In this document: positions 42,655 through 56,437 of the stretch, piece by piece
How positions within the stretch are numbered: position 1 is the stretch's first letter
Layout: each line of letters starts with the position of its first letter
NCBI RefSeq assembly: GCF_027921745.1
Contig: NC_079239.1
Location: 1,674,001-1,738,000 of the forward strand
Source of the DNA: Schizosaccharomyces osmophilus
Lineage: Eukaryota
Direction: 5' to 3'
DNA: 64,000 nt
The notes under the pieces: model-generated
What the model saw: only the letters and a program-made list of their open reading frames with translations
What the model was told of the DNA's origin: nothing
Database searches by the model: none
Made by a program: the position numbers and the translations under genes

Positions 42655-43866
42655 TTATTTTTTTAATTTTCCGTGAATCTGATTCCAGTACGATTGTTCT
42701 TCAGATCCTTCTATTAGTTCGGCGGAAATGAATGGACCAGTCTTATTGTGTTTTCTATGTGCACGAATATCATCATGGGTGTCTTGCTTCCTATGCTGAT
42801 CTGAGAAGCATTTCACACATAAATTTGCCTGTTCAGGTGACTTCCATCTCACTATGGCTTCTGTTTCGTCCTTTCTATAGTCAATGTACATTGGCTCACA
42901 GACTCCTGTAGGGTCTTGACGGGAGAAAACATAATGTAGTAAGCTTTGAATGGTGCTTTTATTTGTCAATCGATGTAGATTAGTTAGCCTTGTTAAAAGT
43001 CCTTTTGGAAAATATCTTTCAGTTTCCAAAGTCTTCCTTTGCGACTGTTCACCAGAATTGTCCAATGCTTTAAATCGATGTTCTTGGTGTTTTGGAAAAG
43101 AAGAAACTGCTTCATTTTGACTCCTGCGAAACGATTGATTTGGAGTCCTAGGTTCTATGAAAGACGCCCTTCTAGAAGATTTCACAGAATCGGCTTGATA
43201 TTCCATGTACATTTCTTCCCTTTTGGTCCATTCTTCCCTTGACAGAATGTTCCAACCTTGGGGAACGACAAGAGATGCGAGAGTTTCTTGTGATATCGAA
43301 TGAGCCAGTACCAAAAAAGCGTATCCTTCAGGAGTAGGGATAACATCAAGGTAGGGAAGAAATCCAGAAAAAAATTCTCGTAACAGCCCGGCCAGCAAAA
43401 ACGGCTTGTTAGACACAGTTGCTGGAAACGGCTCCACATATACTATTCGCTCGAATAAATCCAAGTTGGAATCAAGCTTATACTCGTTCCTGATGATGAA
43501 ATGCGACTCTTCATCGAAAGTAAACAGTTTGTTTTTTATAGTTTTAACACATTGTTTTACGTTAGCTTGAGTAGGAGACGGTTTTAACCCCTGCCAAAAT
43601 TCTTCTTTATTAATTAAATAAGTCAAATGGAATTTTTGTTTTTCACTTTCTTTATAGAATAGTATTTCAATCATACATTCTACCGCACGAATAAACTCTG
43701 GCTTCAAGTTATCGACTTTCTCAGGAACTCGTTTTGTAAAGATATTTGAAGAAGCTGTATTAGACCCACTTGTATTTTTATTTTCCTTAACCAAGGCTGT
43801 CTGAGTCGATAAATTATCCCTTCCTGTTAGTTTGTTGCGAATATTAACTTGCCTTGGTAAAAACAT
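42655..43866 (-). CDS. pof8: LARP7-like telomerase RNA-binding protein Pof8/Lar7
   Basis: RRM-like ERIVYVEPF and C-terminal xRRM (TNKSTIQSLL, YIDYRKDETEAIVRWKS, ELIEGSEEQSYW). Neighbourhood matches S. pombe pof8. Confidence 0.85.
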   Translation of the reverse strand: MFLPRQVNIRNKLTGRDNLSTQTALVKENKNTSGSNTASSNIFTKRVPEKVDNLKPEFIRAVECMIEILFYKESEKQKFHLTYLINKEEFWQGLKPSPTQANVKQCVKTIKNKLFTFDEESHFIIRNEYKLDSNLDLFERIVYVEPFPATVSNKPFLLAGLLREFFSGFLPYLDVIPTPEGYAFLVLAHSISQETLASLVVPQGWNILSREEWTKREEMYMEYQADSVKSSRRASFIEPRTPNQSFRRSQNEAVSSFPKHQEHRFKALDNSGEQSQRKTLETERYFPKGLLTRLTNLHRLTNKSTIQSLLHYVFSRQDPTGVCEPMYIDYRKDETEAIVRWKSPEQANLCVKCFSDQHRKQDTHDDIRAHRKHNKTGPFISAELIEGSEEQSYWNQIHGKLKK

Positions 43867-44075
43867 ATGCCAACCGTAAAGAGTAAATATCTAGTATATG
43901 AATAATATTAAGAACAAAAAAATCCAACAGCCCTTCAATATATCATTAAAATTTGACTTATCCAAGTGGATTAATAGAAACTCCTAAGTGGTAGACAAAC
44001 GCTGCAAACCTTGCCTGCGCCAAACACCACCAGAGATTTGGAATTGGTGTTTTTCTGAACTGTTTTTCTAAAAAA

Positions 44076-46745
44076 ATGTCCAAAAGAAAAGATATCGATG
44101 AAGAAGTTTCTGCTGACCCTTCGGTATGTGCGAAAAATCAGACATAAAAATGTGCGTGTTTTAACTGACAATTGCTGTAGGATTTGCTGCAGTTTATCAA
44201 TCTAGGAGCTGGCAATGAGGTTGGAAGAAGCTGTCATATTCTTCAATACAAAGGAAAAACAGTAATGGTATGAATTTGAGAATTAACATTCTGTGTATTT
44301 TTCGATTGTCGCTAATGATTATGATAGCTGGATGCTGGTGTTCATCCTGCTTACAATGGCCTCGCAGCTTTGCCATTTTACGATGAATTTGATCTCAGTA
44401 CTGTCGATGTTCTACTAGTCAGCCAGTAAGTTGTACCAATCATTCGCGAAGATTCGGCAACCCATGAAATGGCTTATTGCCGTCACAGTTCTTCTGGTTA
44501 GTCTTTACTAACGTATATAATAGCTTTCATTTGGATCATGTTGCATCTTTACCCTATGTGATGACGAAAACAAACTTTAAAGGTCGTGTGTTCATGACTC
44601 ATCCTACGAAGGCTGTTTGCAAATGGTTACTATCAGACTACGTTAAAGTCAGGTACTTATCACCTTTGTTGTCGAAAAGTAAGAACTAACATATAGTAAT
44701 GTCGGCGTAGAGGATCAGTTGTACGACGAGAAGGATTTGACGGCAGCTTTTGAAAGAATGGAAGCAGTTGATTATCACTCTACGATTGAAGTCGAAGGAG
44801 TAAAGTTTACACCATATCATGCCGGACATGTTTTAGGAGCTTGTATGTTTTTTATTGAAATGGCAGGCGTTAAAGTAAGTTGTTAGTCGGAAAGCAAATC
44901 ATATTGACGTGAAAGATTCTCTATACAGGAGATTATTCTAGAGAAGAAGATCGGCATTTGCATATAGCGGAAGTTCCACCCACAAAGCCAGATATCTTAA
45001 TTACAGAATCTACGTATGGTACTGCTTCACACCAACCTCGTCTTGAAAAAGAAGCTCGTCTGCTAAATATTGTGCATTCTACAATCCGTAATGGTGGACG
45101 TGTGTTAATGCCCGTTTTTGCTCTTGGAAGAGCCCAGGAATTACTGCTTATTTTGGATGAATATTGGAACAATCACTATGATTTACGTCCTGTGCCCATA
45201 TATTATGCATCCTCTTTAGCTAGAAAGTGTATGGCAGTGTTTCAAACTTATGTTAATATGATGAACGATAATATCCGTAAGGCTTTTGCGGAACGGAATC
45301 CCTTTATATTCAGATACATAAAAAACTTAAGGAATTTGGATAGATTTGACGACATCGGCCCCTCTGTTATTATAGCAAGTCCTGGTATGCTTCAGAATGG
45401 TGTTTCTCGGGCATTATTAGAGCGTTGGGCTCCTGATTCTCGAAATACGTTGTTATTGACTGGTTACTCTGTTGAGGGAACCATGGCAAAACAAATTACT
45501 AACGAGCCTGTTGAAATAACATCCATGTCGGGTCAAAAGATTCCAAGAAGGATGGCCGTTGAAGAGCTTTCATTTGCTGCTCATGTTGATTATATTCAAA
45601 ACAGTGAATTCATTGATCAAGTGAAAGCTGATCATATTGTATGTCAAGATTCAAATGATCTTCAGTAAAAAAAGTTACTAACATGTATAGATTTTGGTAC
45701 ATGGTGAACAGACTAATATGGGTCGCTTAAAAAGTGCACTGTTAAGCAAATTCCATAATCAAAAGCTTGATAGCAAGGTTTATACCCCAAGAAATTGTGT
45801 ACCTCTATTCCTTTACTTCAAAGGAGAGCGTCTTGTTAGGGTAAGTATCTACCCTGAAACCCCGAATTGGCTGAAAATTGTAAATTAACTGTATTTTTAA
45901 TAGGCTCTAGGAAAAGTTGCTGTCCGTAAACCAACAGATGGGGATATAATGAGTGGAATTTTAGTTCAGAAAGACTCAGTTTACAAGCTTATGTCGGCGG
46001 ATGACCTTCGAGATTTCAGTGATCTCACGACGACTGTTTTGACCCAAAAGCAAGTTATTCCATTCTTTTCTAGTATAGAGCTGGCTAAATACCATTTAAA
46101 TCAAATGTTTGGATATGTTAAAGAAGAACGGACAAAATCTGGCGAATTGTGTTATACTGTCATGGATGCTATTCATTTGAGCATGCCAAGTGAGCATAAA
46201 TTAACTGTGGAATGGGCTGGAAACATTATGAATGATACCATCGCAGATTCAGTGATTACAGTTCTGTTAGGAATCGAAAGCAGCCCAGCTTCTGTAAAAT
46301 GTACGTTTTTAACATCTTGTTAATCTTTGTATTTAAATAAACAAAAGCTAACCTTATAGTAACAAATCACAAGTGCGTTCATGGGCACACTCACCCAAAG
46401 AAATCGAAAGAAGAAGACCGGATCAATAAATTGATGATGTTTTTGGAAAGTCAATTTGGTGAAAGCCTTACAAAGTCAAAAGACGGTGTATACATAAAAA
46501 TCGATCAATACGAAGCTTCTATCGACTTTTCCACTATGAAGGTGGAATGCAATAATGAAATTCTTCGAACAAGGATTGTCCATGTCCTTTCTCGAGCCGT
46601 AAACACAATTCTTCCTTTTTCAGAGCCAATGAAGGGCAATCTTGACATTGCAGAAGAACAAGAAAGTGAAGATGACTCGAATGAAGAAGCTGAAGAAATC
46701 AAAACAGCGTCTGTTCATGAAGAAAAAAAGGAAGAACTCACCTAA
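44076..46745 (+). CDS. ysh1: CPSF73/Ysh1 pre-mRNA 3'-end endonuclease, about 9 exons
   Basis: [18 protein letters not shown] (split by an intron), [31 protein letters not shown] and VHGEQ. Eight short canonical introns, the first at 44124-44180. Confidence 0.95.
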
Positions 46746-47105
46746 CCGTTCTATATGATTTTGGGTGCTTTAAAGATGACTTTATTGATACCTTAAAGCG
46801 AACAAATGGATACATGTGTACAATACTTGGGTTAGCAATTTGTGCTGCTTTGCCAAATGAAGACATAATAGGAGTTAGATTGTAAACTAATGATATCTTT
46901 TTGCTATTGCTCTTTTGTATCAAGAGGAGTCTTTCGTAAGGAGCGACTGATCGTATAGAATGGTTTTTCCTATTATATATTTTTTTGAAAATGCAAATTG
47001 ATGTAATGCTAAGTAACTATAAATCGTTTATTTTGACTGATTTATTAGGATATACTTCGATCACCATATACGACAAAAATTTTGTGTCCTCCTACAAACA
47101 GCAAA

Positions 47106-48366
47106 ATGTCAAACAATAAAATTCCAACCTCAAAATACGATCTCTCCACTTACTGGGGACGTGTACGCGTATGTAATTATGTCTAAAATAAAAAAATCCA
47201 GCTTTCGTCCTTTATTTCTGGTTACTGACGGTTGTAGCATGCGATGGACATTACTGATCCAAGGTAACTAATATAAACAAAAGATGAATTCATATGCATA
47301 GACTACTAAACGACTCACTTGTTAGAACCTTATTATCTACAAAAAAGGATATTGACAGTGCTGTCAAGACTTTACGCGAGTTTGAGGATGGCAATAGTAC
47401 TTTGAGTGAAAAAGTTTGGAATGCTAAAAAGGGTACGCTTATATATGTCATTAGAAGAGCATCAATTGGTATTAATGTGTTTCAAATTAGTTGTTGATTC
47501 CACTTTGCATCCTGATACAAAGGAACCCGTGTTTCTTCCTTTCCGTATGTCCTGTTATGCCTTGGTACGTCTTTAGCTTCTTTTCCCCCATTACTAACGA
47601 AGTTCGTAGACCAACTTGGTTGTCACAGCTGGAATGCTTCAACCCAACCTAGGTACAGCTGGAACCGTTTTTTGGCAGTGGACAAACCAGTCGGTTAATG
47701 TAGCATTCAATTCCGCGAATGCCAACAAGTCTACTCAATTGACATTACCCCAGATGGCAAAATCTTACATGTATGCTGTCACTGCCAGTTGTGGTGTTGC
47801 AATTGGTCTCAACAAGGTTGTTCCTCGTATGAAGTTTTTGTCCACTTCATCAAAAGCAATTCTAGGACGTTTAACCCCATTTGCTGCAGTTGCTTTTGCT
47901 GGTGTTTTGAATGTGTTTTTGATGCGCGGTGAAGAATTGCGTCAAGTAAGTATTCATAAAGATTTTTCTTGTAGAAAAAGGCAACACTTTTTACTAACGA
48001 ATATAGGGTATTGATGTTTTCGATAAAGAAGGAAACTCTTTGGGTAAGAGCAATCAAGCTGCCTTGTATGCAGTTGGCGAAACAGCTCTTTCTCGTATCA
48101 TCAATGCTTCGCCTATAATGGTCATCCCTCCTCTTGTTTTGATGAGACTTCAAAAAACAAACTGGCTTCGCAAGAGCCCCAAGTTGACGATTCCCGTGAA
48201 TTTGGGCTTGGTTGGTATCACTTCCTTGATTGCAGTACCTTTGGCTGTTGGTGTTTTCCCAGGTAGAGAAACCATTTCTCCCATGAAACTGGAATCCAAG
48301 TTTCACAACTTGAAGGATAAAAACGGGAATGATATAGAGAAGGTGGAATTCAATCGTGGACTGTAA
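47106..48366 (+). CDS. fsf1: Sideroflexin Fsf1 mitochondrial transporter, about 6 exons
   Basis: YDLSTYWGRVRH, LHPDTKEPVFLPFRMS, FWQWTNQSVNVAFNSANANKS and C-terminal FNRGL. Five short introns. Confidence 0.92.
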
Positions 48367-48719
48367 ATATTTGGACTATGTGGAAAAACGTTCCAACGTA
48401 CTGCTTGTTGATCAACAAGCGTTTCTTTTGGTAGGTACCTTGATTTAATAATATCAGGGTAGGTTTAATTGCTCTTCTTTTTTTTGGAAAAAAAAGAAAA
48501 ACAATAGAGTGACACTATAAGCGTAGAAATAGAGAAAATAACATTATTAAACACGAAGAGAATTTACGAATCCAAGTTTGTTTACAGTATAGTGCATTCT
48601 AACGTTTCCTTTTACCGAGCTATAACGTGTCGTTATATATATGCCAGTCATGGGAACGCGTGCACGTTGACTAGCATTTCTATCTTTCACCAACCACCAA
48701 GTAAAGAGAAATTGGTAAA

Positions 48720-50024
48720 ATGGCATCTGCTCAGGAGGATTTGATTGACTACGAAGAAGAGGAAGATTTGGTTCAGGACCAATCTGCTCAAGGAACTACT
48801 ACTACAACAGAAGCTACTGAAAATGGTGAAAAATCCGACAAGAAAGGTTCTTACGTTGGTATCCACTCCACAGGTTTCCGTGACTTTTTGTTAAAGCCTG
48901 AACTTCTTCGTGCAATCACGGACAGCGGATTTGAACACCCTTCTGAAGTGCAGCAGGTCTGCATTCCTCAATCCATTTTGGGAACTGACGTTCTCTGTCA
49001 AGCTAAATCTGGTATGGGTAAAACAGCCGTTTTCGTCTTGTCTACCCTTCAGCAAATTGAACCTGTTGATGGTGAGGTTTCTGTTTTAGTCCTGTGCCAT
49101 ACTCGTGAGCTTGCCTTCCAAATCAAGAATGAATATGCTCGTTTCAGTAAGTATTTGCCTGATGTTCGTACTTCTGTTTTCTATGGCGGTATCAACATCA
49201 AGCAAGATATGGAAGCTTTCAAAGACAAAACCAAGGCACCACATATTGTTGTCGCTACCCCTGGACGTTTAAATGCCCTTGTTCGTGAGAAGATTATGCG
49301 CGTGAACAATGTTAAGCACTTTGTTCTTGATGAGTGTGACAAGCTTTTAGATAGTGTTGACATGCGTCGTGATATTCAAGAGGTTTTCCGTGCCACTCCT
49401 CCTCAAAAGCAAGTTATGATGTTTAGTGCTACTCTTTCTAGCGAAGTCCGTCCTATTTGCAAGAAGTTTATGCAAAACCCTCTAGAAATTTATGTTGACG
49501 ATGAAACGAAGCTTACTCTTCACGGTCTTCAACAACACTATGTTAAGCTCGATGAGAAGGAGAAGAACAGAAAAATTAACGATTTGCTAGACTCTTTGGA
49601 ATTTAACCAAGTGGTCATTTTTGTAAAGTCCGTTAGCCGTGCTAACGAATTGGACCGTCTTCTACGAGAATGCAATTTCCCTTCTATTTGCATTCATGGT
49701 GGTCTTCCTCAGGAGGAGCGTATCAACCGCTACAAAGCTTTCAAAGACTTCGACAAGCGTCTTTGTGTAGCTACTGATGTCTTTGGTCGTGGTATCGATA
49801 TCGAACGTGTCAACATTGTAATTAATTATGACATGCCCGATTCTCCTGATACTTATCTTCATCGTGTCGGTCGTGCTGGTCGTTTCGGTACCAAAGGTTT
49901 GGCTATTACATTCGCTGGCTCTGATGAAGATTCTCAAATTTTGGACAAAATCCAGGAACGCTTTGAAGTTAATATTAACGAGCTTCCCGATGAAATTGAT
50001 GTCAGCTCTTACATGAATGCTTAG
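48720..50024 (+). CDS. uap56: DECD-box RNA helicase Uap56/Sub2
   Basis: [34 protein letters not shown] and [10 protein letters not shown]. Confidence 0.98.
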   Translation: MASAQEDLIDYEEEEDLVQDQSAQGTTTTTEATENGEKSDKKGSYVGIHSTGFRDFLLKPELLRAITDSGFEHPSEVQQVCIPQSILGTDVLCQAKSGMGKTAVFVLSTLQQIEPVDGEVSVLVLCHTRELAFQIKNEYARFSKYLPDVRTSVFYGGINIKQDMEAFKDKTKAPHIVVATPGRLNALVREKIMRVNNVKHFVLDECDKLLDSVDMRRDIQEVFRATPPQKQVMMFSATLSSEVRPICKKFMQNPLEIYVDDETKLTLHGLQQHYVKLDEKEKNRKINDLLDSLEFNQVVIFVKSVSRANELDRLLRECNFPSICIHGGLPQEERINRYKAFKDFDKRLCVATDVFGRGIDIERVNIVINYDMPDSPDTYLHRVGRAGRFGTKGLAITFAGSDEDSQILDKIQERFEVNINELPDEIDVSSYMNA

Positions 50025-50576
50025 TTTTATTCATAGAAACAAAAAAAATTTTTATATTCCCTTATGCTTTCTAATACCTTCCTTTGCGATCTGTTTAATA
50101 CGGCGGGACGTTACAACTGTTCATATATCATTTACCTTCTTGTATCCTAATTTCTTTTACCCTCGTTCTCTTCTGTCTTACTACCATTTATGACTTTCTA
50201 CTTTCTTTTTTGGTGACACACTGAGGTCCTTTTTATATTCATTTGACTGTATTTCTAGCTAGTGAGAATGATGGGTTAAAAACTTTAGTTTTTGTGTAGT
50301 AGCATGTGTAGCTTCACCACTTTCAATAATGTGCATATACACTTCACATTTCTGTATGTTCGCATTACATCTATTAAAAATACATACACCGCGAAGACAA
50401 TGAGATTAAAAAAATTGGAAGGTATTATTTAATTTTCGTAATGAAATAAACGTAAATAAAAAGGGAGTTTCACTTGGGGTAAAAAAAGAGTCAACATATT
50501 ATACAAATGGTATTTATGAACACACTGCACCTAGGAGAAACAGGCAACATAAATAATATTGTTTAAATCCAAAAAT

Positions 50577-51872
50577 CTATGCGTCTTCATCAGGGACTTC
50601 TTCAACTGTAACATTATGTCGAACAGAACTTTGAGATACAGGACGTGTGGAAGAAGCATTGTCTTGCTCACCGTTTGGCTGGTTGCTTGCAGCTTTTTTG
50701 TCGTTCGTTGTCAAATTAGTGGGAACATTACTGGGGTTGCTTGAAGGATACTCCATTGACGGTGTAGTAGTATGGTGCTCGGGTTGCAAGTTGGTGGAGT
50801 GTGGTGTCTCTGAAGTAGCAGAAAAAACAGTTTCCCGGGTATTAGGAGAAGCACTCTGTTTCTCGGATTGGGTGGATTGATATTCAGGAGGGCCCGATTC
50901 ATCGTCGCTGTTAACAACGGAATAGTGTCCGCTAGAAAGTAGAGTTTCCAAAGGATTTCTTCTTTGGGTTGGAATTTCTTCTTCAGGTTCGATAACTTCG
51001 GGATCGGGATTTACAGGAGCATTAGCCATCTTTCCAAAGAGAAAAGTACCAGGAAGTGCTTGAGAAGGATCGTGATGCTCTCTAGCATTGCCGCGCTTGT
51101 TCAAACGTCGCTGAGCACCTAAAAGGTATTCATTCAACTCTGTAAGTTCACCATGGGTCAAATCATCATCAAAAGGAGCCTGGTGAGAATGTTTGTGGGC
51201 TTTTTCATGCGAATGAGGAATTTCCGCAACGTGAGGACCTTCATCTGCTAAAGGTTGTTGAAGTCGGATGTGGAATTCTTTTGGATTTTCAGTCGGAATA
51301 TCCGATTTCCTAGTTATAGGTGAACCATATTGTACAGGTTGAGATGTTCTTTGAGGATATTCGGTATTTTCAATTGTCCTAGGTTGCTCATCAGAAGAGT
51401 TAAGATGTTCCACTATAGGATGATTAATGAAGAATTGGTGAAAGTTTCTGGGTACTACCAGCTGAGTGTTGGAAGGATCTGAAACTAAAATCCTTCGTAA
51501 TAACCTCCTGGCTTCTTTCTCGCGTTGGACGTTTCTTTGAGTTTCGTCATCCTCATATCTCTTTTGAATGATTGTGCGTATAACTTGTTCAAAGGCTCTG
51601 CGTTCCTGTAATTCCTCTAAATAGTATTCCTGCAATCGGGCTTCCTGTTCTCGCTCATGCAAATACTGACGGAACTTTCGGTGTTGAATTTGTTGTAAGA
51701 CTTCTTGTCTAGCATCATCAATAGCACGCTTCCGGAATTTTAATTGGCGTTCTTGTTGTTGAATCACTTCAATTTGTTGATCAAGTTCTTCGAGAGCGAG
51801 TTGTAAACTATGATCTTGCACATGTTCATATTCATTTCCATGAGGATCTATTAAACGAAAAAAGGCTGCCAT
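50577..51872 (-). CDS. slt1: Schizosaccharomyces-specific coiled-coil protein
   Basis: Q/E/R-rich coiled-coil N-half, disordered C-half and terminal VTVEEVPDEDA. ATG 51872. The symbol comes from remembered synteny between uap56 and cul1. Confidence 0.65.
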   Translation of the reverse strand: MAAFFRLIDPHGNEYEHVQDHSLQLALEELDQQIEVIQQQERQLKFRKRAIDDARQEVLQQIQHRKFRQYLHEREQEARLQEYYLEELQERRAFEQVIRTIIQKRYEDDETQRNVQREKEARRLLRRILVSDPSNTQLVVPRNFHQFFINHPIVEHLNSSDEQPRTIENTEYPQRTSQPVQYGSPITRKSDIPTENPKEFHIRLQQPLADEGPHVAEIPHSHEKAHKHSHQAPFDDDLTHGELTELNEYLLGAQRRLNKRGNAREHHDPSQALPGTFLFGKMANAPVNPDPEVIEPEEEIPTQRRNPLETLLSSGHYSVVNSDDESGPPEYQSTQSEKQSASPNTRETVFSATSETPHSTNLQPEHHTTTPSMEYPSSNPSNVPTNLTTNDKKAASNQPNGEQDNASSTRPVSQSSVRHNVTVEEVPDEDA

Positions 51873-52273
51873 ATCAAATTTTTCCTTCTCCAAAACAATG
51901 AAAACCTGATTCCTGACTTTGTTTACTACTTTTGATATTGGTAAAGGTATAATTAGTGTTACTCAGTTGTGCCCAATTTATGTCGTAAACTCCCATATTA
52001 CCAGAAAATACCGGAAACATCTACAAAGTTTCATTAGAAAACCGACTTTCCTCGCTTAAAGTAATATTTAGGATAAAGTTCGGTTCCAATATTTACTGCT
52101 TAGGGTTGTTTTAAACGAAGCTGGCTTTTCGCTAATCTCTGTAGTTATGAAGAGTAAGAACTTTGCCTACAGTATGAACGAAATTTTGGTGATGGCTATA
52201 AACAAAAGAATAAAAGAGAAATAGGATAAATTATTAACACCACGATATTCTAATAAACAACAATTAAAGAAAT

Positions 52274-54871
52274 TTAAGCAAGATAAACATATTCATCACG
52301 TCCTTGTCGCTCTAGATATTCTTTTTCAATCAACATATCAATACATCTCTTAATATCTGAGACTTGAGGGGCAAATCTGCTTTTAATTTGATCTATGGTT
52401 TCTTTGACCAAAACAACATGCTTCAGCGTCCTTCTAGCTTTCATAATGCGTACGATGGCAGATTGTAACAGCAACTTCCGATCTTCCTCGATTGTTTTCT
52501 GAGTTTCCACTACTTCTTGTTTTTGTTCTGATTTGATTGGCAAGTTGAGTTGAACACGAATCTTTTTCATCTTAAAGTTTTTGTTTATAGTATAGACACT
52601 ATCCGGCTCTCCAAGGTTCTTCCCTTCCTGTAATAACAAAACTTTTGCGCGTAAGAAAATGTTGAGAATTCCAATTAGTATGTCACGATTCAATCCAGTC
52701 CGTTGCAACAACTCTTCATACTTGTATGAATCTCTTTGGTTGTACAGCAGCAGGACAGCCATTTGGAAGGTAGACACTTGAAATACATAAGTGATGGTGG
52801 AATTGGGATTAATGCGTGCTTTGATTTCTCCTTTAGACAAATGAAAAAGCCAACTTAACTTCCGACCATTATGACAGGTATTATAATAACCTTCAAACCG
52901 TTCGTAAAGGGATTTTAATTCGGATGGGATGTGGAAATTAGAGGAACTAGCTGTTAACGGCCAGAATGATGTTCCCAAAACCATAGCATAAAAATCAATG
53001 GGTGACTTTTGTATTTCTGGAAGTTGGCGGAAAGACTCGGTTAACTCCTGAGACAAAGATATATCTTGAAACATTCTCTGCAGTTTGCTGGTGTACTCGA
53101 ATCCACAAACTTCCTTCAGCTTGGAAAGCATTCCGGATTCTGCATCTTGAGAGTTTGACATTCCATTGACCAATCGTTTGGCCAATAGCTTCGTGTAAAA
53201 GTTTTGAAACACATCTTTATCCTCGACGTAGCGGAAAATAATAATGATGGAAGTTAAGGTGTTTTCTATATCATCAACATCGGCAGCCTTGCTGTTCTTG
53301 CGTAGAACAGAATCTGAATATTTCGCCAATAGTTCCGGAGACCGTGACGAAGAAGGGTGACAGACGACATTGCGATTCACAATTTCTCTGCAAGATGTAT
53401 CCAAAGATTTTGTAAAATCTGCGTCCCCTTGAAAAGCTGTGTCGACAAGCTTTTTGGAAGATAGGTATGTTGACAAAAGCATATCAAGGTAATCTTTGGG
53501 ATCTACCTCAGATACCTTGTTGCCTTCAGGCACAATTCTAGCAACAGCAAGAAATCCGGACCGTTTAACGTAATCTTCAAATGACTTTCTTAATGGTTGT
53601 AGTCCATTTGGAGTTCTTGACATTAAGCGATACATTCTAACAATATCACTATGGCAATTTTCATCAAGCATACGCGAAAAGTCATTATGTAAAACTTCAG
53701 CGCGTTTAGTAATTAGCTCATCCTCTACAGCTTCCAACAATGGCTTTAGCGTGGACTCGTGCAAATACAAGTGAACAAGCTCTTCTTCCTCTAAGAGTCG
53801 GCTCTCTGCTTTTCCAAGGTAATCGGTTATGGAATGCACTGAGATATACTGAGAAGATTCAGTACCGTAAAACTCTCTAGACGATGATATGAATCTTGTT
53901 TCGAAGAATGCTTTGTAAGAATTCAAATTCGCCTTTGGCATATCTGCTTTGTCGAAACTTAATGAAGTGATAGAATCAACACAAACTTTCACATCCTTCA
54001 TATCAACGGGCTCGTGCGATCGTTTTCTGTTAAGTATGTACAACAGACTTGCAAGCATATCATCGCGTATATGCGCAAAAACGTGATGGTACCACGATAC
54101 GAGACACAGTGTATAGATATCATAAACTACGGTATCAGAAAATCGGTTTTTCAGTTTCACCCAATATCTGTTAAGGTACCCAAATAGATGATGAAGGAAC
54201 CTAGAAGACGTTGTAAATCGGGTCCAATACTTGGCGTAGGCTGCTAATCTGTCTTCATGAGTTGTTTCTGAAAGTGATGCCTATTACAAAAAGTTAGCAA
54301 ATCTGTTAAAAAAGATGGGATGCAACTAAATAACCAAGAAATGCTTATAAAATTCAACATGCATACTCATCAGAAACACATACCGTTCGCAGCTTTGTCA
54401 AATACTGTTTTAGGTACAACACCAAGTTGTTATATAAAGCCTCCCCCAAAACGTTCGCAGCTAATTACTATGTTAGTCCATACATCCCAATGAATGGAAA
54501 GAGACATGATTTCTCGTTCTACATGACAACAAAGTTTACATACTCTGATCGCTGAAGCTTTCTACCGACATTGTTTTTGAAGCATCGGCACAGTAATTAT
54601 GGATAGCACTATAATATCAAGTTAGCCAAAAACCCTTAATTTCTTGCCTCAAGCACCGTTCAACGTACGTATAGAGCTCCATATAGCGAGTAATTGACAT
54701 TCCTTCATCCAATCGATCCAAAATATGCAAGACGCCATCTTTTAGAAAATCCCACCTATTCAATGATTAGTATCAAAGACTTGTTTGCTCGTCTATGCCA
54801 TACGTTCCGTTTAAAGAATCATATTTTTCGACATGGGGAAGATCATTATTGTTTTTTCTCGGCACCGTCAT
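52274..54871 (-). CDS. cul1: Cullin-1 (SCF scaffold), 5 exons
   Basis: YMELYT, SPELLAKY, DKDVFQNFY, YTSKLQRMFQDI and the neddylation motif AIVRIMK. Four 5' introns reconstructed from ATG 54871. Confidence 0.95.
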
Positions 54872-55626
54872 GAACTATATTATCACACTACAACAATTAT
54901 AATAGGACTTTTCAAATAAACGTTACAGCAAAAAAGCAATGGTGGTTGGCGAAAAGCTAGTTTCGTCCGTATGGCCTACGTTTGCTTAGGAGTATAGAGG
55001 CCAAGACTCATATAGTGAGCTCAAACGGAGTATACAATCTGATTTACGGTAGTACGACTTTTCTTTTAAAATGAAAATTCAGTTGCGTAGTATTACTTTG
55101 GATATAGAGTACAGAATATTGAAACTAGATCGTTTAGAAACGATATTTTATGGTAGAAACGTTTTGAATTTAAGGATAGCCTTATTGTTACTTTTATGAG
55201 GTATCATCATACTAAATTCGCCTAAAACCTTTGATATGATAATAAGAAAATACAAAAACAAGGAGCTGAATGTCAGTATTATGAATAAAGTCATCTTCTA
55301 ATAAAACAAAAAAAGTGCAAAAATCCTCTTTGAATCGAAGGGGAGTCGTCTCACAGCTGATAGAAACAAAAGACAGTGAACGCGTCAAGAGTATGGACGA
55401 TAGGAAAACAACACGGCCAAAAACATTGAGCTTAATTCTCCACAAAGAAAAAAAAAAGAAAGAAAAAAAGCATTAAAGTCAATCAAAGTTATTTCTATAG
55501 AACAGCCCTCTTACAGCCTGAAGAATTCTTTATTATCAAAAGTTGTTACTCGGCCTAGGTTACAGAAAGGCGCAAGGCACTGGAACGACGGATGGCTAGC
55601 TTCAACTGGATTCTAACTTCTCCCTT

Positions 55627-55646
55627 TACTACTACTACTACTACTA
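55627..55646. repeat. (TAC)n microsatellite
   Basis: tactactactactactacta in intergenic DNA. Confidence 0.85.
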
Positions 55647-56437
55647 TTAATTAGGGAAAAGGGTGATCCCTTGTGAGACAGTATAAAAGAGAAAGGGTAA
55701 ACGGATTTTGACTAGAATCCTTTTTACATTTACTTTCGAGAATTTGAGCCCTTTTCATTCGACCAAGAGTTTGCTGCATTTCTGTATAGAGTGCATATAT
55801 AGTAACTTCCTTGATATTGAATTTACTAACTCGAACGCTGATATCAAAGACACGACTAATTAATTCATTTTGATTTTGTAACTCTTTTCTGTTACACAGC
55901 CCAATCTTTTGGAAATCTCTATTTACGATATTCATATTTCCGCTATATACAGTAACACTTGTATCTAGTATTTATTTATAACCCATACTTTTTTCTCGTT
56001 ATCGGACTTGCTAAGTTAAAAGCCGTGCATTTCTTTTTCATAAAAATAGGTGATTGAATAGCACCTGAAGAATCTGTTGCCAAACGCTGTTTTCGCTCGT
56101 TTAATTGCTTTTCTATTCCCCTTTTTCTTCTACATTCTTTCATAGTATTGTGGCCTTTTGAGATAATCCTCGTTTTGTTCTTTTTGTTACTACATATTGA
56201 TTTGTAGTTTATTTCTGCCCCCTTTTCAACCTTTGGCTCCTTCACTTAGTTAGTCGTGAAGATCTTAACAGAACAGTTTTGGATTGAAAGAGTCTATCTT
56301 TTCCTTACTTACCTTGAATAATTTTGTGGGTCCCACGAAGTTCATGTTGAAATTCCTTCAGACATTTTCAATAGAATTGCTTTCTTTTGCAATTCATTTC
56401 TAAATTCTTTAAGCTTCTTTTGGTATAAGAAATTAAC

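Noticed and set aside
54900..56430. 1.5-kb divergent intergenic region with several 77-94-aa ORFs and an ACGCGT at 55380
   Set aside because: The ORFs are low-complexity and AT-driven, and I recognised no ncRNA signature. Consistent with a long promoter or leader.
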